Shown in pieces: positions 9,264 to 18,222 of a stretch of 64,000 nucleotides of DNA (position 1 is the stretch's first letter; each line of letters begins with the position of its first letter). The DNA is from an uncultured virus (IMG/VR IMGVR_UViG_3300010355_000162) (taxonomy: Duplodnaviria > Heunggongvirae > Uroviricota > Caudoviricetes). A program made the position numbers and the translations under genes. The notes beneath the pieces are model-generated. The model saw nothing but the letters and a program-made list of their open reading frames with translations, made no database searches and had not been told where the DNA came from. The stretch is from the IMG/VR virus record IMGVR_UViG_3300010355_000162. One strand, written 5' to 3'.

Positions 9264-10090
9264 TCGGCGCATTGTTTTTGATCCGTTCGGGTTCCAAAGG
9301 CAACGTGCTTTGGCTCTCGACACTGCACCCGGCGAAACCTGACACGACAGTGCTCACGATGTACAAGTTTCATCCGGGGCACTTCGAGTCGGGTAAGACC
9401 GAAGCCGGGGTTGAGGCGTTGCTAGGGCAGTGCCTAGACCTCGAAGCCTTCGAGCGCGCCGCGCACTATGGACAGTTTATTTCGGCACCAGTGCTTCGAC
9501 AAGAGCGCCCGCTGGACGCCCGGTTCCCTGACGGCCTCGCGCCTGAGCAGCACATGGCGCGCATCCTGAAGACCGCACCGGAACCGAAGTCCGCAGCAAC
9601 GCTACTGGCCGAGGGCTTAGAGGTACGCTCGCCTCTCATCTACGTGTCGTCGCGCATCCTGTACGCAGTACAGACTGTCGACGAGTCCGTCTGGTTGATG
9701 CACTTCCACAACGTCGGGAAGACTACGCCAGATCACGCTGCACCGTTGTCGGAGTACGCGAACGTGCCGCCTGTGTTGGTGCGCGGGGTACGTTCGATCA
9801 GCCTAGCATCTATGGCAGAGCGTGCATACCGGCAGCTGGCGATGCTTGAGATACCTGACCTCAACCTGTACGCCCCCCTCGTGGCCGTGGAACCGGGCGA
9901 GCTGGTGACGAGCGCAGGCATGAACACGTTCATCGACACGTGCCTATGGCGGTACCGTACCGAAGGTAAAGTACATGTGCCGCCGTGGATCACGTTGGCC
10001 GAACGTCGGTTCCTCGACCTCGAACCGTGGCTCACAAACGATTGGCGCTCGGAGTACAAGTATCATGGCTACGCATTCCAGCGCACCTAA
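9260..10090 (+). CDS. Hypothetical protein
   Basis: 276 aa, GTGA coupling. Confidence 0.8.
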   Translation: MIGALFLIRSGSKGNVLWLSTLHPAKPDTTVLTMYKFHPGHFESGKTEAGVEALLGQCLDLEAFERAAHYGQFISAPVLRQERPLDARFPDGLAPEQHMARILKTAPEPKSAATLLAEGLEVRSPLIYVSSRILYAVQTVDESVWLMHFHNVGKTTPDHAAPLSEYANVPPVLVRGVRSISLASMAERAYRQLAMLEIPDLNLYAPLVAVEPGELVTSAGMNTFIDTCLWRYRTEGKVHVPPWITLAERRFLDLEPWLTNDWRSEYKYHGYAFQRT

Positions 10091-10286
10091 GCCCCACCGA
10101 CATGCGGCGCTCATCGTGGAATTCGCACGACAAGTGGCGACCGGCGAACGCCACGCAGGTTGGTGGAACTGGTACGTGAAGGACGAGACGGATACATTCG
10201 TCATCATCCTCATGCCGATGTGGAACCCGACAGCGGAGTATAGCTACTCGAAATCCACGTCACACCCTGACATACGACGAGGTTGA
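10065..10286 (+). CDS. Small phage protein (PH.HA.LI motif)
   Basis: 73 aa from ATG 10065, SD GGAG. Confidence 0.65.
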   Translation: MATHSSAPKPHRHAALIVEFARQVATGERHAGWWNWYVKDETDTFVIILMPMWNPTAEYSYSKSTSHPDIRRG

Positions 10287-10311
10287 CAACCCCGAAGTAA
10301 CGTAGTATTAT
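10283..10311 (+). promoter_or_regulatory. Sigma70-type early promoter
   Basis: TTGACA-ACCCCGAAGTAACGTAG-TATTAT. Confidence 0.8.
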
Positions 10312-10336
10312 TCACACACTATAAGATTCTAACTAC

Positions 10337-10528
10337 ATGGAAACTGCAAACCAAACGAGATCGCGAACCCTTGGAAGTGTAGCGGCTGACATGTTCAGGA
10401 TGCCACACATGCAGGGGCTCACGATCCCGCAACAACAAACGGTGCGTACCGCGCTTCGGCTCGCGTACAACGCTGGAAACAAGGCTGGCTTCCATTCCGG
10501 GGTCCGGTCTAACACAACATCACTTTGA
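10337..10528 (+). CDS. Hypothetical protein
   Basis: 63 aa directly after promoter. Confidence 0.6.
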   Translation: METANQTRSRTLGSVAADMFRMPHMQGLTIPQQQTVRTALRLAYNAGNKAGFHSGVRSNTTSL

Positions 10529-10537
10529 AAGCACAAC

Positions 10538-10891
10538 ATGCGCGGAACATCCGACTTTGATAAGAACAACTACCCCTACGCAGTAACGAGCAACGGGTAC
10601 ACGTGGTACGTAAACTTTATCCCCGAAAACAAGAGCGTTTTCGAGGGCGAAGGCTCGGGCGAAGATCGCCGTAAAGCGGCAGCTGATTACGCAATGGCGG
10701 CAAATAAAAAATACTGGGACGACGCCGCCAGCATTCGTGCGCTCGCTGGTCAGGTGCGTGAACCCAGCGCTGAAGGACCCGCAGCTGCACAGGCCGCGCT
10801 CGACGATGTAATCACGAAGCAAGGTGAGAGTGTAGCGACTCAAGCCGCAGCGGTCGTCGCGACTACGGCTAGCGAGTACGCAGGTACCTAA
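10538..10891 (+). CDS. Hypothetical protein
   Basis: 117 aa. Confidence 0.7.
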   Translation: MRGTSDFDKNNYPYAVTSNGYTWYVNFIPENKSVFEGEGSGEDRRKAAADYAMAANKKYWDDAASIRALAGQVREPSAEGPAAAQAALDDVITKQGESVATQAAAVVATTASEYAGT

Positions 10892-11082
10892 TGAATCGCA
10901 ACCGCGATACTTACCCGTTCGACTACGAGGCAACGAACGCAGCGTGGTTCGTTGTCGACCAGCGCACGCTGAGTCGAGTGGGTAAGTTCAACACGCAGAC
11001 GGAGGCCCGTACCGAACGCGACAAACGCAACCTCGCGTACTGGGCAACCATCGACGCTAACGCACGGAGAGCAGGGAAGTGA
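10891..11082 (+). CDS. Hypothetical protein (weak paralog of N-terminus of 10538-10891)
   Basis: YP.....N..W.V...N..YW pattern. Confidence 0.65.
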   Translation: MNRNRDTYPFDYEATNAAWFVVDQRTLSRVGKFNTQTEARTERDKRNLAYWATIDANARRAGK

Positions 11083-11636
11083 ATATCACAACACCAGTCG
11101 AGCGAGCCGGTAAGATGGCCCAGCTCGCATTGACGTACTCGGACCACCCGGATCGTTTGGTCAAGGCGATCCGTGCGCGTGTACCTGAAGCACACATCGT
11201 CGCTTCCGGGCTACTCAACCAAGTATTCCAGCACCCACCGGGTTCAACCGCACGCGGGGCCGCACTACAGACGTGGGCGGAGTTCTTCGGGGCCGCTGTC
11301 GATTCCATCGCTCGTGAAGTTATCGAACTAGACAACGGCGCGCTCCCTACACACCAACAGATCATGGACGAGGCGGTGCGCGTCGAGTGGGTTGTTGTGC
11401 AGGACATCGCCGGAGTGCGCATGCGTAACTCACGACTCCACGGGCACCGTATCATCCTGCGTCGCATCGTACACGGTAACCCTATCACGTTTCACGATAT
11501 TACATGCGAACGCATAGGTTCAAGATCGACCGAAGGTCTGCGTCCGCTTGAGTTCATCAAGCGGCCAGCTTCACGCGGCCACGGCTGGCGTGAGGACATG
11601 GTCAACTACTGCATGGAGTGGCGTATCTATGCATGA
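11079..11636 (+). CDS. Hypothetical protein
   Basis: 185 aa, coupled. Confidence 0.7.
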   Translation: MNITTPVERAGKMAQLALTYSDHPDRLVKAIRARVPEAHIVASGLLNQVFQHPPGSTARGAALQTWAEFFGAAVDSIAREVIELDNGALPTHQQIMDEAVRVEWVVVQDIAGVRMRNSRLHGHRIILRRIVHGNPITFHDITCERIGSRSTEGLRPLEFIKRPASRGHGWREDMVNYCMEWRIYA

Positions 11637-11853
11637 CCACACCCGCTACAGCCGCGCCGTTGATGACCCGTGGCAGTCACGCTTCCCGCGTTCTGAGTAC
11701 GAAGCTCGCGGGTTCCACACCGGGGGGCCGGTCGTTGAGTCCCCGCCGTCTAAGGCCGAGAAGTACGGGCCGCTTGTGTGCCTGTTCCTCTTCGTCATCA
11801 TCCTCTTCACCATCATATTTGTGATCCACTATGGCAACCCAAAAATTTCGTGA
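11629..11853 (+). CDS. Small single-TM membrane protein
   Basis: 74 aa, LVCLFLFVIILFTIIFVI. Confidence 0.65.
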   Translation: MHDHTRYSRAVDDPWQSRFPRSEYEARGFHTGGPVVESPPSKAEKYGPLVCLFLFVIILFTIIFVIHYGNPKIS

Positions 11854-12691
11854 CCACCCGGCGATCAAACGCACAGGTGACGGCTACTCTATCCAGTACG
11901 CAGCACTGCACGTAGACCCCGGCTGGAACGTACGCACGTCAGGCCCGGAGCTAGACGAGCACATCGAGCAGATCGCTGCGGCGATCAACGGCGGCACCCG
12001 CGTGCCCCCGTTACAGATTTACCTGAACAGCGAAGGTGAACCGACCATCGTTGACGGCCACTGCCGCCATGCTGCATACGGTCGATTGATCGAACGCGGT
12101 GTTGATGTCGGTCTGGTTGCCGTCAGTGAGTTCGCCGGTAACGATGCAGACCGCATCGCCTACATGTTCACTTCGTCGCAGGGCAAGGGGCTTACGCAGT
12201 ACGAGCAGTCGCTGGCATTCCAGCGTCTTGTGTCTCTCGGCTGGACACCGGCTGAGATCGCGAAGAAAACGGGCAAGACCACGAGCTACGTGTCGTCGAT
12301 GCTTGTCGTCGCGAACGCGAACACTGACGTGCACACGCTCGTCAAGGCGGGCGAAGTCTCGGTCGGTGCAGCCGTGCGCACCGTGCGCAAGTCCGGCGAG
12401 AAGGCTGGCGCTGTGCTGAAGGCCAAGATCAACGCCGCCAAGGCCGCAGCACCGGGCAAGAAAGTGAAGATCACCGAGAAGGACATCGACCCGAACCGGC
12501 TCTCACCTGAAGCCGTTGCAGCGGTGCGTGAGTTCTTTGTCGACCTGAATATCCACCTCGGCACGGCGGCATACAACGCAGCGGTGAAGAACCTCGACTC
12601 CCCGCCCGAAGTGACGGACGGATTTGATGTATCATTACCCCTGACTAACGTCGTAGCGTTGGTCCGTCTTCAACAATACTTCACGGAGTAA
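11831..12691 (+). CDS. ParB/Srx N-terminal domain protein with HTH
   Basis: PG.NVR...L...I......PP....IVDGHCR motif, then WTPAEIAKKTGKTTSYVS HTH. Confidence 0.85.
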   Translation: MATQKFRDHPAIKRTGDGYSIQYAALHVDPGWNVRTSGPELDEHIEQIAAAINGGTRVPPLQIYLNSEGEPTIVDGHCRHAAYGRLIERGVDVGLVAVSEFAGNDADRIAYMFTSSQGKGLTQYEQSLAFQRLVSLGWTPAEIAKKTGKTTSYVSSMLVVANANTDVHTLVKAGEVSVGAAVRTVRKSGEKAGAVLKAKINAAKAAAPGKKVKITEKDIDPNRLSPEAVAAVREFFVDLNIHLGTAAYNAAVKNLDSPPEVTDGFDVSLPLTNVVALVRLQQYFTE

Positions 12692-12693
12692 TC

Positions 12694-12933
12694 ATGGCAA
12701 CAAAGAAAAAGAAACCCGAAGGCAAGAGCTGCCCCGGTTCCCAGCACCCACGAGCGTTGCTCACACCGGCTAAGGTAGTGCGCCTGCGTAAACAGTGGGC
12801 CGATGGCAAGATCACGAAAGTCGACATCGCATCGAACTTTGGTATCTCCTACTTCACCGCACGCCGTGCAGCGTTGGGCCTGTCCTACAAGGACGTGCCT
12901 ATGCCTGAGCCGAAAGCTGGCAATGCAGAGTAG
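12694..12933 (+). CDS. Small HTH DNA-binding protein
   Basis: G..HP.A.LT...V..LR...IA..FGIS pattern seen at C-termini of phage HNH-type proteins. Confidence 0.65.
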   Translation: MATKKKKPEGKSCPGSQHPRALLTPAKVVRLRKQWADGKITKVDIASNFGISYFTARRAALGLSYKDVPMPEPKAGNAE

Positions 12934-13249
12934 TTCACGTCGTGGGGCGATCCTATCGGATGCAGTGGCGGCGATGGCGATGGCGGTGGCCTCGTCGATG
13001 GGCGCGGCTACCGTAGGTACAACAGGGCACCGTATGCCATTCGAGAGTGTCACCGACGTGTCGCGCACCGCGAAGCGTAGCCGCAAGAAACGGAATGCAG
13101 GTGTCCGGTTCCCTAGCTTCGATCCGCTGCCGCCTCGTGCGTTGCAGGTACCGTTCGCTAACCGTCCGAAGTTTGACCCGGTCGAACGCAACCGCGCCGC
13201 TGCCAAGCGAGCACGCAAGGCACGACGTGTCACACGCCATAGTCGCTGA
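12923..13249 (+). CDS. Basic hypothetical protein
   Basis: 108 aa, Arg/Lys-rich C-terminus. Confidence 0.55.
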   Translation: MQSSSRRGAILSDAVAAMAMAVASSMGAATVGTTGHRMPFESVTDVSRTAKRSRKKRNAGVRFPSFDPLPPRALQVPFANRPKFDPVERNRAAAKRARKARRVTRHSR

Positions 13250-13523
13250 GAACGACATCAAGTGCCGCATCACTGCGGCCTTGAAAGCGAACGGCGGGAA
13301 GCTGAAGTATGCAGAGCTTCGCGATGCAACCTTCCCGACCGAGCAGTACCCCCGCGCATTCAACTACCAAACCAACGGCGGACCCCCTGGGTGCCAGATG
13401 GCGTTCGCACGCGCGATGAAACAACTGCTGAGTAACCAACGCGTAAGCGTCACTGGGCAGTCGAAAGATCACTACCTCAACCACACAGTGTGGCTCAACG
13501 ACACGATTGGAACGAAAGATTAG
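13228..13523 (+). CDS. Hypothetical protein
   Basis: YPRAFNYQTNGGPPGC motif; start uncertain (GTG 13228 assumed). Confidence 0.6.
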
Positions 13524-13525
13524 TC

Positions 13526-13942
13526 ATGGCAATGTATATCGGCGGCGTTCACCCGGACCTCTCACGTGTCCGGTTTGAGCAGTTCCCTCTTCGGGTACTC
13601 GCATCAGCTCACACGATCCGCATCGGAAACCGGCAGTTCGCCGTGCAGCGCTCGAAGCCCGACCGCATCTACGTTAGCGGTCCGATCGTGAACGGGAGCT
13701 TCAGCGGTGTGTCGTCGGGCTTAATGTCCTACGTCGAAGCTGCGTACAAGCTAGGCTCGATCACGAAGGAAGCCTACGCCGCAGCACAGGCCGAGGTGAA
13801 CCGCCAAAAATCTAGCAGCATCAAGCTAACCCTTGCTTCGGAGCTGCGTCGATGCGCAGAGCGTCTTGGGTTGTCGCTCACAAGCGATCAGAAGGCCGCA
13901 CTTGACCGGCTCGTCACACGACCCGTAACGGATCACGAATGA
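13526..13942 (+). CDS. Hypothetical protein
   Basis: 138 aa from ATG 13526. Confidence 0.7.
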   Translation: MAMYIGGVHPDLSRVRFEQFPLRVLASAHTIRIGNRQFAVQRSKPDRIYVSGPIVNGSFSGVSSGLMSYVEAAYKLGSITKEAYAAAQAEVNRQKSSSIKLTLASELRRCAERLGLSLTSDQKAALDRLVTRPVTDHE

Positions 13943-14193
13943 GCCTAACCAAGCTGCGCAAGCACACAGCGCTGAGCGACACGAAGCTAGAGCCCCGTAC
14001 ACTGGCGCTCCTCGAAGCCTCCGGCATGGTTACTGTGGGGCACTTACTGAACGCTTACTATGAAGAGCGGCTGCGTTCGATCGAAGGGATCGGAGTGCGC
14101 CGTGCTGGCGAGGTCTATTTCGAGGTCGTCGCCCCTATCCAAGAACGCAGTCGTTGGTTCGCATTGAACAGAAAGTCCCGTAAGAAATCATGA
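13939..14193 (+). CDS. RNA polymerase alpha-CTD-like (HhH) protein
   Basis: L..RT...L...G..TVG.LL......L..I.GIG.R...EV pattern. Confidence 0.7.
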   Translation: MSLTKLRKHTALSDTKLEPRTLALLEASGMVTVGHLLNAYYEERLRSIEGIGVRRAGEVYFEVVAPIQERSRWFALNRKSRKKS

Positions 14194-16289
14194 AACTCAT
14201 TGGTGGCGACTTTGAAACATACTGGGCACCAGACTACACGCTGTCTAAGATGACGACGGAGTCGTACGTCCGCGATCCCCGGTTCGAGCCCATCATGCTG
14301 TCCCTCGGCACGTCGCGGGCCGACATGGTCACGGCGTACGGGCACGATAACATCGCGTACCTGCTGAAGCAGTACGACTGGGATGACACGATGTTCATCG
14401 CGCACAACAACATGTTCGACGGGTTCATCCTCGGGGAGCAGTTCGGTGTGTACCCGAAGGCGTACGCCTGCACCATGAGTATGTCCCGCGCATTGGGTCT
14501 GCACATCCACGGCGGCGCATCGCTTGATAAGCTCACGGAACTGGCACGGCGGTGCGGCGTGGACCTGCCGCAGAAGGGCCATCAAGTTGAGTCGTACAAG
14601 GGGTTCCACCTCGCGGACTTTTCACCGGCACAGCTGGCTGACTACACCAGCTACTGCCAGTCAGACACGATCTCAACCTACGGGTTGTTTCAATGGTACA
14701 TGAAGCTCGGGTTCCCGATGGCTGAAGTGCGTGCAGTTGACGAGTTCATTCGTCTGATGGCTGAGCCTCGGCTGGCTCTTGACGGTAACTTGTTGGCCCG
14801 CCGACTCGCTACGTTTGAAGAGCGCCGAATCAACATGCTTGAGCGTTTGGGTGTTAGCCTGCAACAGATACGATCTGACGCCATGTTCGCAGACCTGCTG
14901 CGTCAGTACAACGTCGATCCACCGATGAAGTTCTCGCCGAAGCGCAGGAACCCTGATGGTTCACCGCTCGCGGTTTACGCGTTCAGCAAAACCGACGACG
15001 AGTTCACTGACCTACAGGAGCACGATGACCCCGATGTCCAGCTCCTAGTATCGGCACGGCTGAAGTTGAAGAGCACTATCGAAGAGTCCCGGATGAACCG
15101 ACTACTCGGCATCTCTGAACGTGGTCTATTACCCGTACCGTTGCAATACTACGGCGCGCATACAGGTCGACCCGCTGCGACTGGCAAGATCAACATGGCG
15201 AACCTCACGCGTCCTGCCAACCCACGGCATAATGATGAGGGTATGTTGGTCAAACTACCGGGCGACCGCTTCGATCACATCGTTGCGATCAACAACCGCG
15301 ACAACGGTAAGCCGCCGACAAAGTTCATGGTCAAGGGCGACCCGGCGTTCTGGCCCGTCAAGAAACACTACCTCGCAGGTCTTCGCGATTGCATCGTGGC
15401 ACCACCGGACCACGTCATCGTCGTATCCGACTTGAACGCCATTGAAGCTCGCGGCCTAGCGTGGCTGGCGCAGCAGCTGGACCTACTAGAAGACTTCAGA
15501 TCGAGCGACGCGTTGCCCCCCGACTTGCCGGACTCCGAAGTGCGCGACGTGTACACCCGGTTCGGCGACGTGCTTTATGGCCGCACCATCACCAAGGCAG
15601 ACAAGCGTGAGCGCCAGATGTCTAAAACGGCGATATTGGGGCTTGGTTATCTAATGGGTCCTACGAAGTTCATACGGGCTGCTAAAATACAAGGCGGCAT
15701 AGACATTGACCTCGACTTCGCGAAGACCGCTGTGAACGTGTACCGCACGAAGAACGACCGCATCAAGGCATTCTGGAAAGACTGCAAGACTGCACTAGCC
15801 AGCATGGTCAACGGTGAAGAGTATTCGTTCGGACCGAACGGACTCTACACGGCGGTGCCTGCACGCGGCAAGGGTCCGGCGACCATCGTCATGCCTAACG
15901 GCTTGAACCTCATCTACACCGGCCTCGGCACGCAGCCGGGGAAGTACGGCGACGACTACTTCTACTACACACCGAAGGGTCGCAATCTGGTGAAGACCAA
16001 GATTCACCCCGGCCAAGTGGCAGAGAACCTGTGCCAAGCACTTGCGCGTATCATCATCAACGACCAGTGGCTTCGCATCAAGACCGCCGCTGTGCGTGAA
16101 AAGCTCGTCCCACGTTCGCCAGTAGTAGGCCACGTGTACGATGAGATCATCTGCTGTGTACCGACTGAGCACGGCCAGCGGATCAAAGAAATCATGCTTC
16201 ACGAGATGACCATCGGTCCCTCGTGGGCGAAAGGGCTCCCGCTCAAGGCGGAAGCTGACTTAGCACAACGATACGGAGACGCGAAATGA
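14190..16289 (+). CDS. polA: Family A DNA polymerase with 3'-5' exonuclease
   Basis: DFET (ExoI), AHN..FD, YC..D, YYGAHTGR, SDLNAIEAR (motif A), R..SKTAILGLGY (motif B), VYDEI (motif C). Confidence 0.95.
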   Translation: MKLIGGDFETYWAPDYTLSKMTTESYVRDPRFEPIMLSLGTSRADMVTAYGHDNIAYLLKQYDWDDTMFIAHNNMFDGFILGEQFGVYPKAYACTMSMSRALGLHIHGGASLDKLTELARRCGVDLPQKGHQVESYKGFHLADFSPAQLADYTSYCQSDTISTYGLFQWYMKLGFPMAEVRAVDEFIRLMAEPRLALDGNLLARRLATFEERRINMLERLGVSLQQIRSDAMFADLLRQYNVDPPMKFSPKRRNPDGSPLAVYAFSKTDDEFTDLQEHDDPDVQLLVSARLKLKSTIEESRMNRLLGISERGLLPVPLQYYGAHTGRPAATGKINMANLTRPANPRHNDEGMLVKLPGDRFDHIVAINNRDNGKPPTKFMVKGDPAFWPVKKHYLAGLRDCIVAPPDHVIVVSDLNAIEARGLAWLAQQLDLLEDFRSSDALPPDLPDSEVRDVYTRFGDVLYGRTITKADKRERQMSKTAILGLGYLMGPTKFIRAAKIQGGIDIDLDFAKTAVNVYRTKNDRIKAFWKDCKTALASMVNGEEYSFGPNGLYTAVPARGKGPATIVMPNGLNLIYTGLGTQPGKYGDDYFYYTPKGRNLVKTKIHPGQVAENLCQALARIIINDQWLRIKTAAVREKLVPRSPVVGHVYDEIICCVPTEHGQRIKEIMLHEMTIGPSWAKGLPLKAEADLAQRYGDAK

Positions 16290-16474
16290 TTACGATCACA
16301 CAACTCAGAGGACGCCACTGGATCAAACGGGGGGACATGCTGCACGTCACGCACTACCCCAGCTCCGGCGCAGCGGCGCAGGCGGCACGCAAGATCATGG
16401 CGGGACTCGTCAAATTTCAACCGATTACGCTTGAGGTCAAGCGCAACCAGTTTCAGGAGGGCGTATGTCTGTAA
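16286..16474 (+). CDS. Hypothetical protein
   Basis: 62 aa, coupled. Confidence 0.55.
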   Translation: MITITQLRGRHWIKRGDMLHVTHYPSSGAAAQAARKIMAGLVKFQPITLEVKRNQFQEGVCL

Positions 16475-16926
16475 TCGTTTGGGATGGGAAGTACCTAGCA
16501 GCGGACAAGCAAGCGACCAACGGATCGCTCGCCCGCACGACTACGAAGATCGGCAAGCGCGTGCTGAACAATAAAGACAGCAGCTTCCTATGGGGTGTGA
16601 CAGGTGATGCTGACCTCGGCGCTGCACGTGTTGAGTGGATCGCCCAAACACGCAGTAAGAGCGACGCCGGTCAATACCCCGCCGCGCTGCCGGGTGCATC
16701 GGCTACCGTTATGGTGATCGACCAGCACGGTATCTGGATGTGGGAGAACGTACCCTTCCCGATGAAACTCGAAGACGAGTACGTAGCGATCGGTTCAGGC
16801 CGCGACTTCGCACTGGGAGCCATACATCGTAACGCAGATGCAGCGCAGGCCGTCATCACCGCATCAGTGTTTGATGTGTATTGCGGTGGCGGTGTTGACC
16901 TACTATCAATGGATGACTTGCGATGA
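16465..16926 (+). CDS. Ntn-hydrolase, HslV/proteasome beta-like
   Basis: MSVIVWDG..LAAD.Q.T......TKI...AIGSG..FALGA...D.Y.GG. Confidence 0.8.
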   Translation: MSVIVWDGKYLAADKQATNGSLARTTTKIGKRVLNNKDSSFLWGVTGDADLGAARVEWIAQTRSKSDAGQYPAALPGASATVMVIDQHGIWMWENVPFPMKLEDEYVAIGSGRDFALGAIHRNADAAQAVITASVFDVYCGGGVDLLSMDDLR

Positions 16927-17054
16927 AGTATCTTGACTCCGTCAATGACTGTGCTGATGTAATCGCAAAGGCCGAACGCTGGCATGGCCGGTTGCAGGTT
17001 TTGCTTGTCGCGGTCGCACTTGCAGTAGCTTTGTTTTGGGACATTAAGCTATGA
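16923..17054 (+). CDS. 43-aa single-TM protein
   Basis: MKYLDSVND...LLVAVALAVALFW; ATGA overlaps at both ends. Confidence 0.6.
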   Translation: MKYLDSVNDCADVIAKAERWHGRLQVLLVAVALAVALFWDIKL

Positions 17055-17887
17055 TTACATCTGATCCCGTGCGGCTAGCAGCCGCTGCGTATGTCAAGCG
17101 GAACCTTACCCCTGACATGGCTCAACGCGGCCCGTTACCTATGACGGTCCACGACTTCACCGACTTCAACAATCGAAATTACGTGGACACTATGGACCCC
17201 AAACACATCGTGCACTCGCACACCGCACTCGACACATTCAAGACTTGTCCGCAGCAGTACCGCGCCAAGTACATCACGAAGGAAGTGAAGTTCGAGCAGA
17301 CGACGGCGACGCTCCTTGGCGATCGGATGCACAAAGCGCTCGAATCCCGCATCCGCGACGGCATCATGCTCCCTACGGAGTTCGCTCACCTTGAGCCTAT
17401 GGTGGCGAAGGTACTTGAGTTCCCCGGTATCCGCTATGTCGAGCACAAGCTGGCGTTCAACGACAACGGCGTGCCTATCCCGTACTGGGATAAGAACGGC
17501 TACTTCCGTGGCGCTGCCGACTTGATGGTCTTCGACCAAGAGAAGGGGTACCTTCGCATCTTCGACTGGAAGTCTGGCAAGCCCCGCGCCAACAAGGACC
17601 AGCTCGACCGCATGGCGCTCGCTGCGTACCAGTGCATCAAGGGCGTGAAGAAAATCCGTGCCGCGTTCGTGTACCCGCTACTCGCTGCACCTGTGCAGGC
17701 CGAGACGTACCACGACACAGACATGCCACGTCTGATGCAGCTCCTACAACACGACATCAAGCGTGTCGACACGGCGATCGAACTAAATCAATTCCCACCG
17801 TCACCGAGCGGCTTGTGCAAGCAATGGTGCGATGTGCTGAGCTGCACGTTCAACGGTCGCAAACCGTCGTCGGGGGAGTCCGCATAA
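17051..17887 (+). CDS. PD-(D/E)XK / Cas4-like exonuclease
   Basis: F.TCP, G...H..LE, RG.AD, DWKSGK, Q, C.W.C...C. Confidence 0.9.
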   Translation: MITSDPVRLAAAAYVKRNLTPDMAQRGPLPMTVHDFTDFNNRNYVDTMDPKHIVHSHTALDTFKTCPQQYRAKYITKEVKFEQTTATLLGDRMHKALESRIRDGIMLPTEFAHLEPMVAKVLEFPGIRYVEHKLAFNDNGVPIPYWDKNGYFRGAADLMVFDQEKGYLRIFDWKSGKPRANKDQLDRMALAAYQCIKGVKKIRAAFVYPLLAAPVQAETYHDTDMPRLMQLLQHDIKRVDTAIELNQFPPSPSGLCKQWCDVLSCTFNGRKPSSGESA

Positions 17888-18222
17888 TGACACCCGAAGG
17901 CAAGGTCAAGAAAGACGTGAAGGCATTGTTCGCAGCGGACGGCGTGCACTACACGATGCCCGTGTCGAACGGCATGGGTAAGATGGGGCAGGGCGACTTC
18001 ATCGCTTGTGTCAACGGGCGCTATCTGAGCGTGGAGACGAAGGCCGAAGGTAAAAAGATGACGACCCTTCAGGAGCTGAACGCGGAGAAGGTACGTGCGG
18101 CAGGCGGCATCGCCGTCGTCATTCGCCCTAGCACCGTAGTGTCCCTAAGTTCGTTGGTGCACTACTTGAAGCACGGCGAACACACATCAGTCTCCGTACT
18201 CGCACGCGAACTATGCCAGTAG
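17887..18222 (+). CDS. VRR-NUC nuclease / resolvase
   Basis: MTPEGKVK...DFIAC..G.Y..VETK...T.LQ......AGG. Confidence 0.9.
   Translation: MTPEGKVKKDVKALFAADGVHYTMPVSNGMGKMGQGDFIACVNGRYLSVETKAEGKKMTTLQELNAEKVRAAGGIAVVIRPSTVVSLSSLVHYLKHGEHTSVSVLARELCQ

Noticed and set aside
15210..15380. Intein or intron in polA
   Set aside because: Insert is short, in frame, and lacks the C/S start and HN end
17051..17887. CRISPR-Cas system from the Cas4-like gene
   Set aside because: Stand-alone Cas4-like nucleases are routine in phage replication modules; no other cas genes or array
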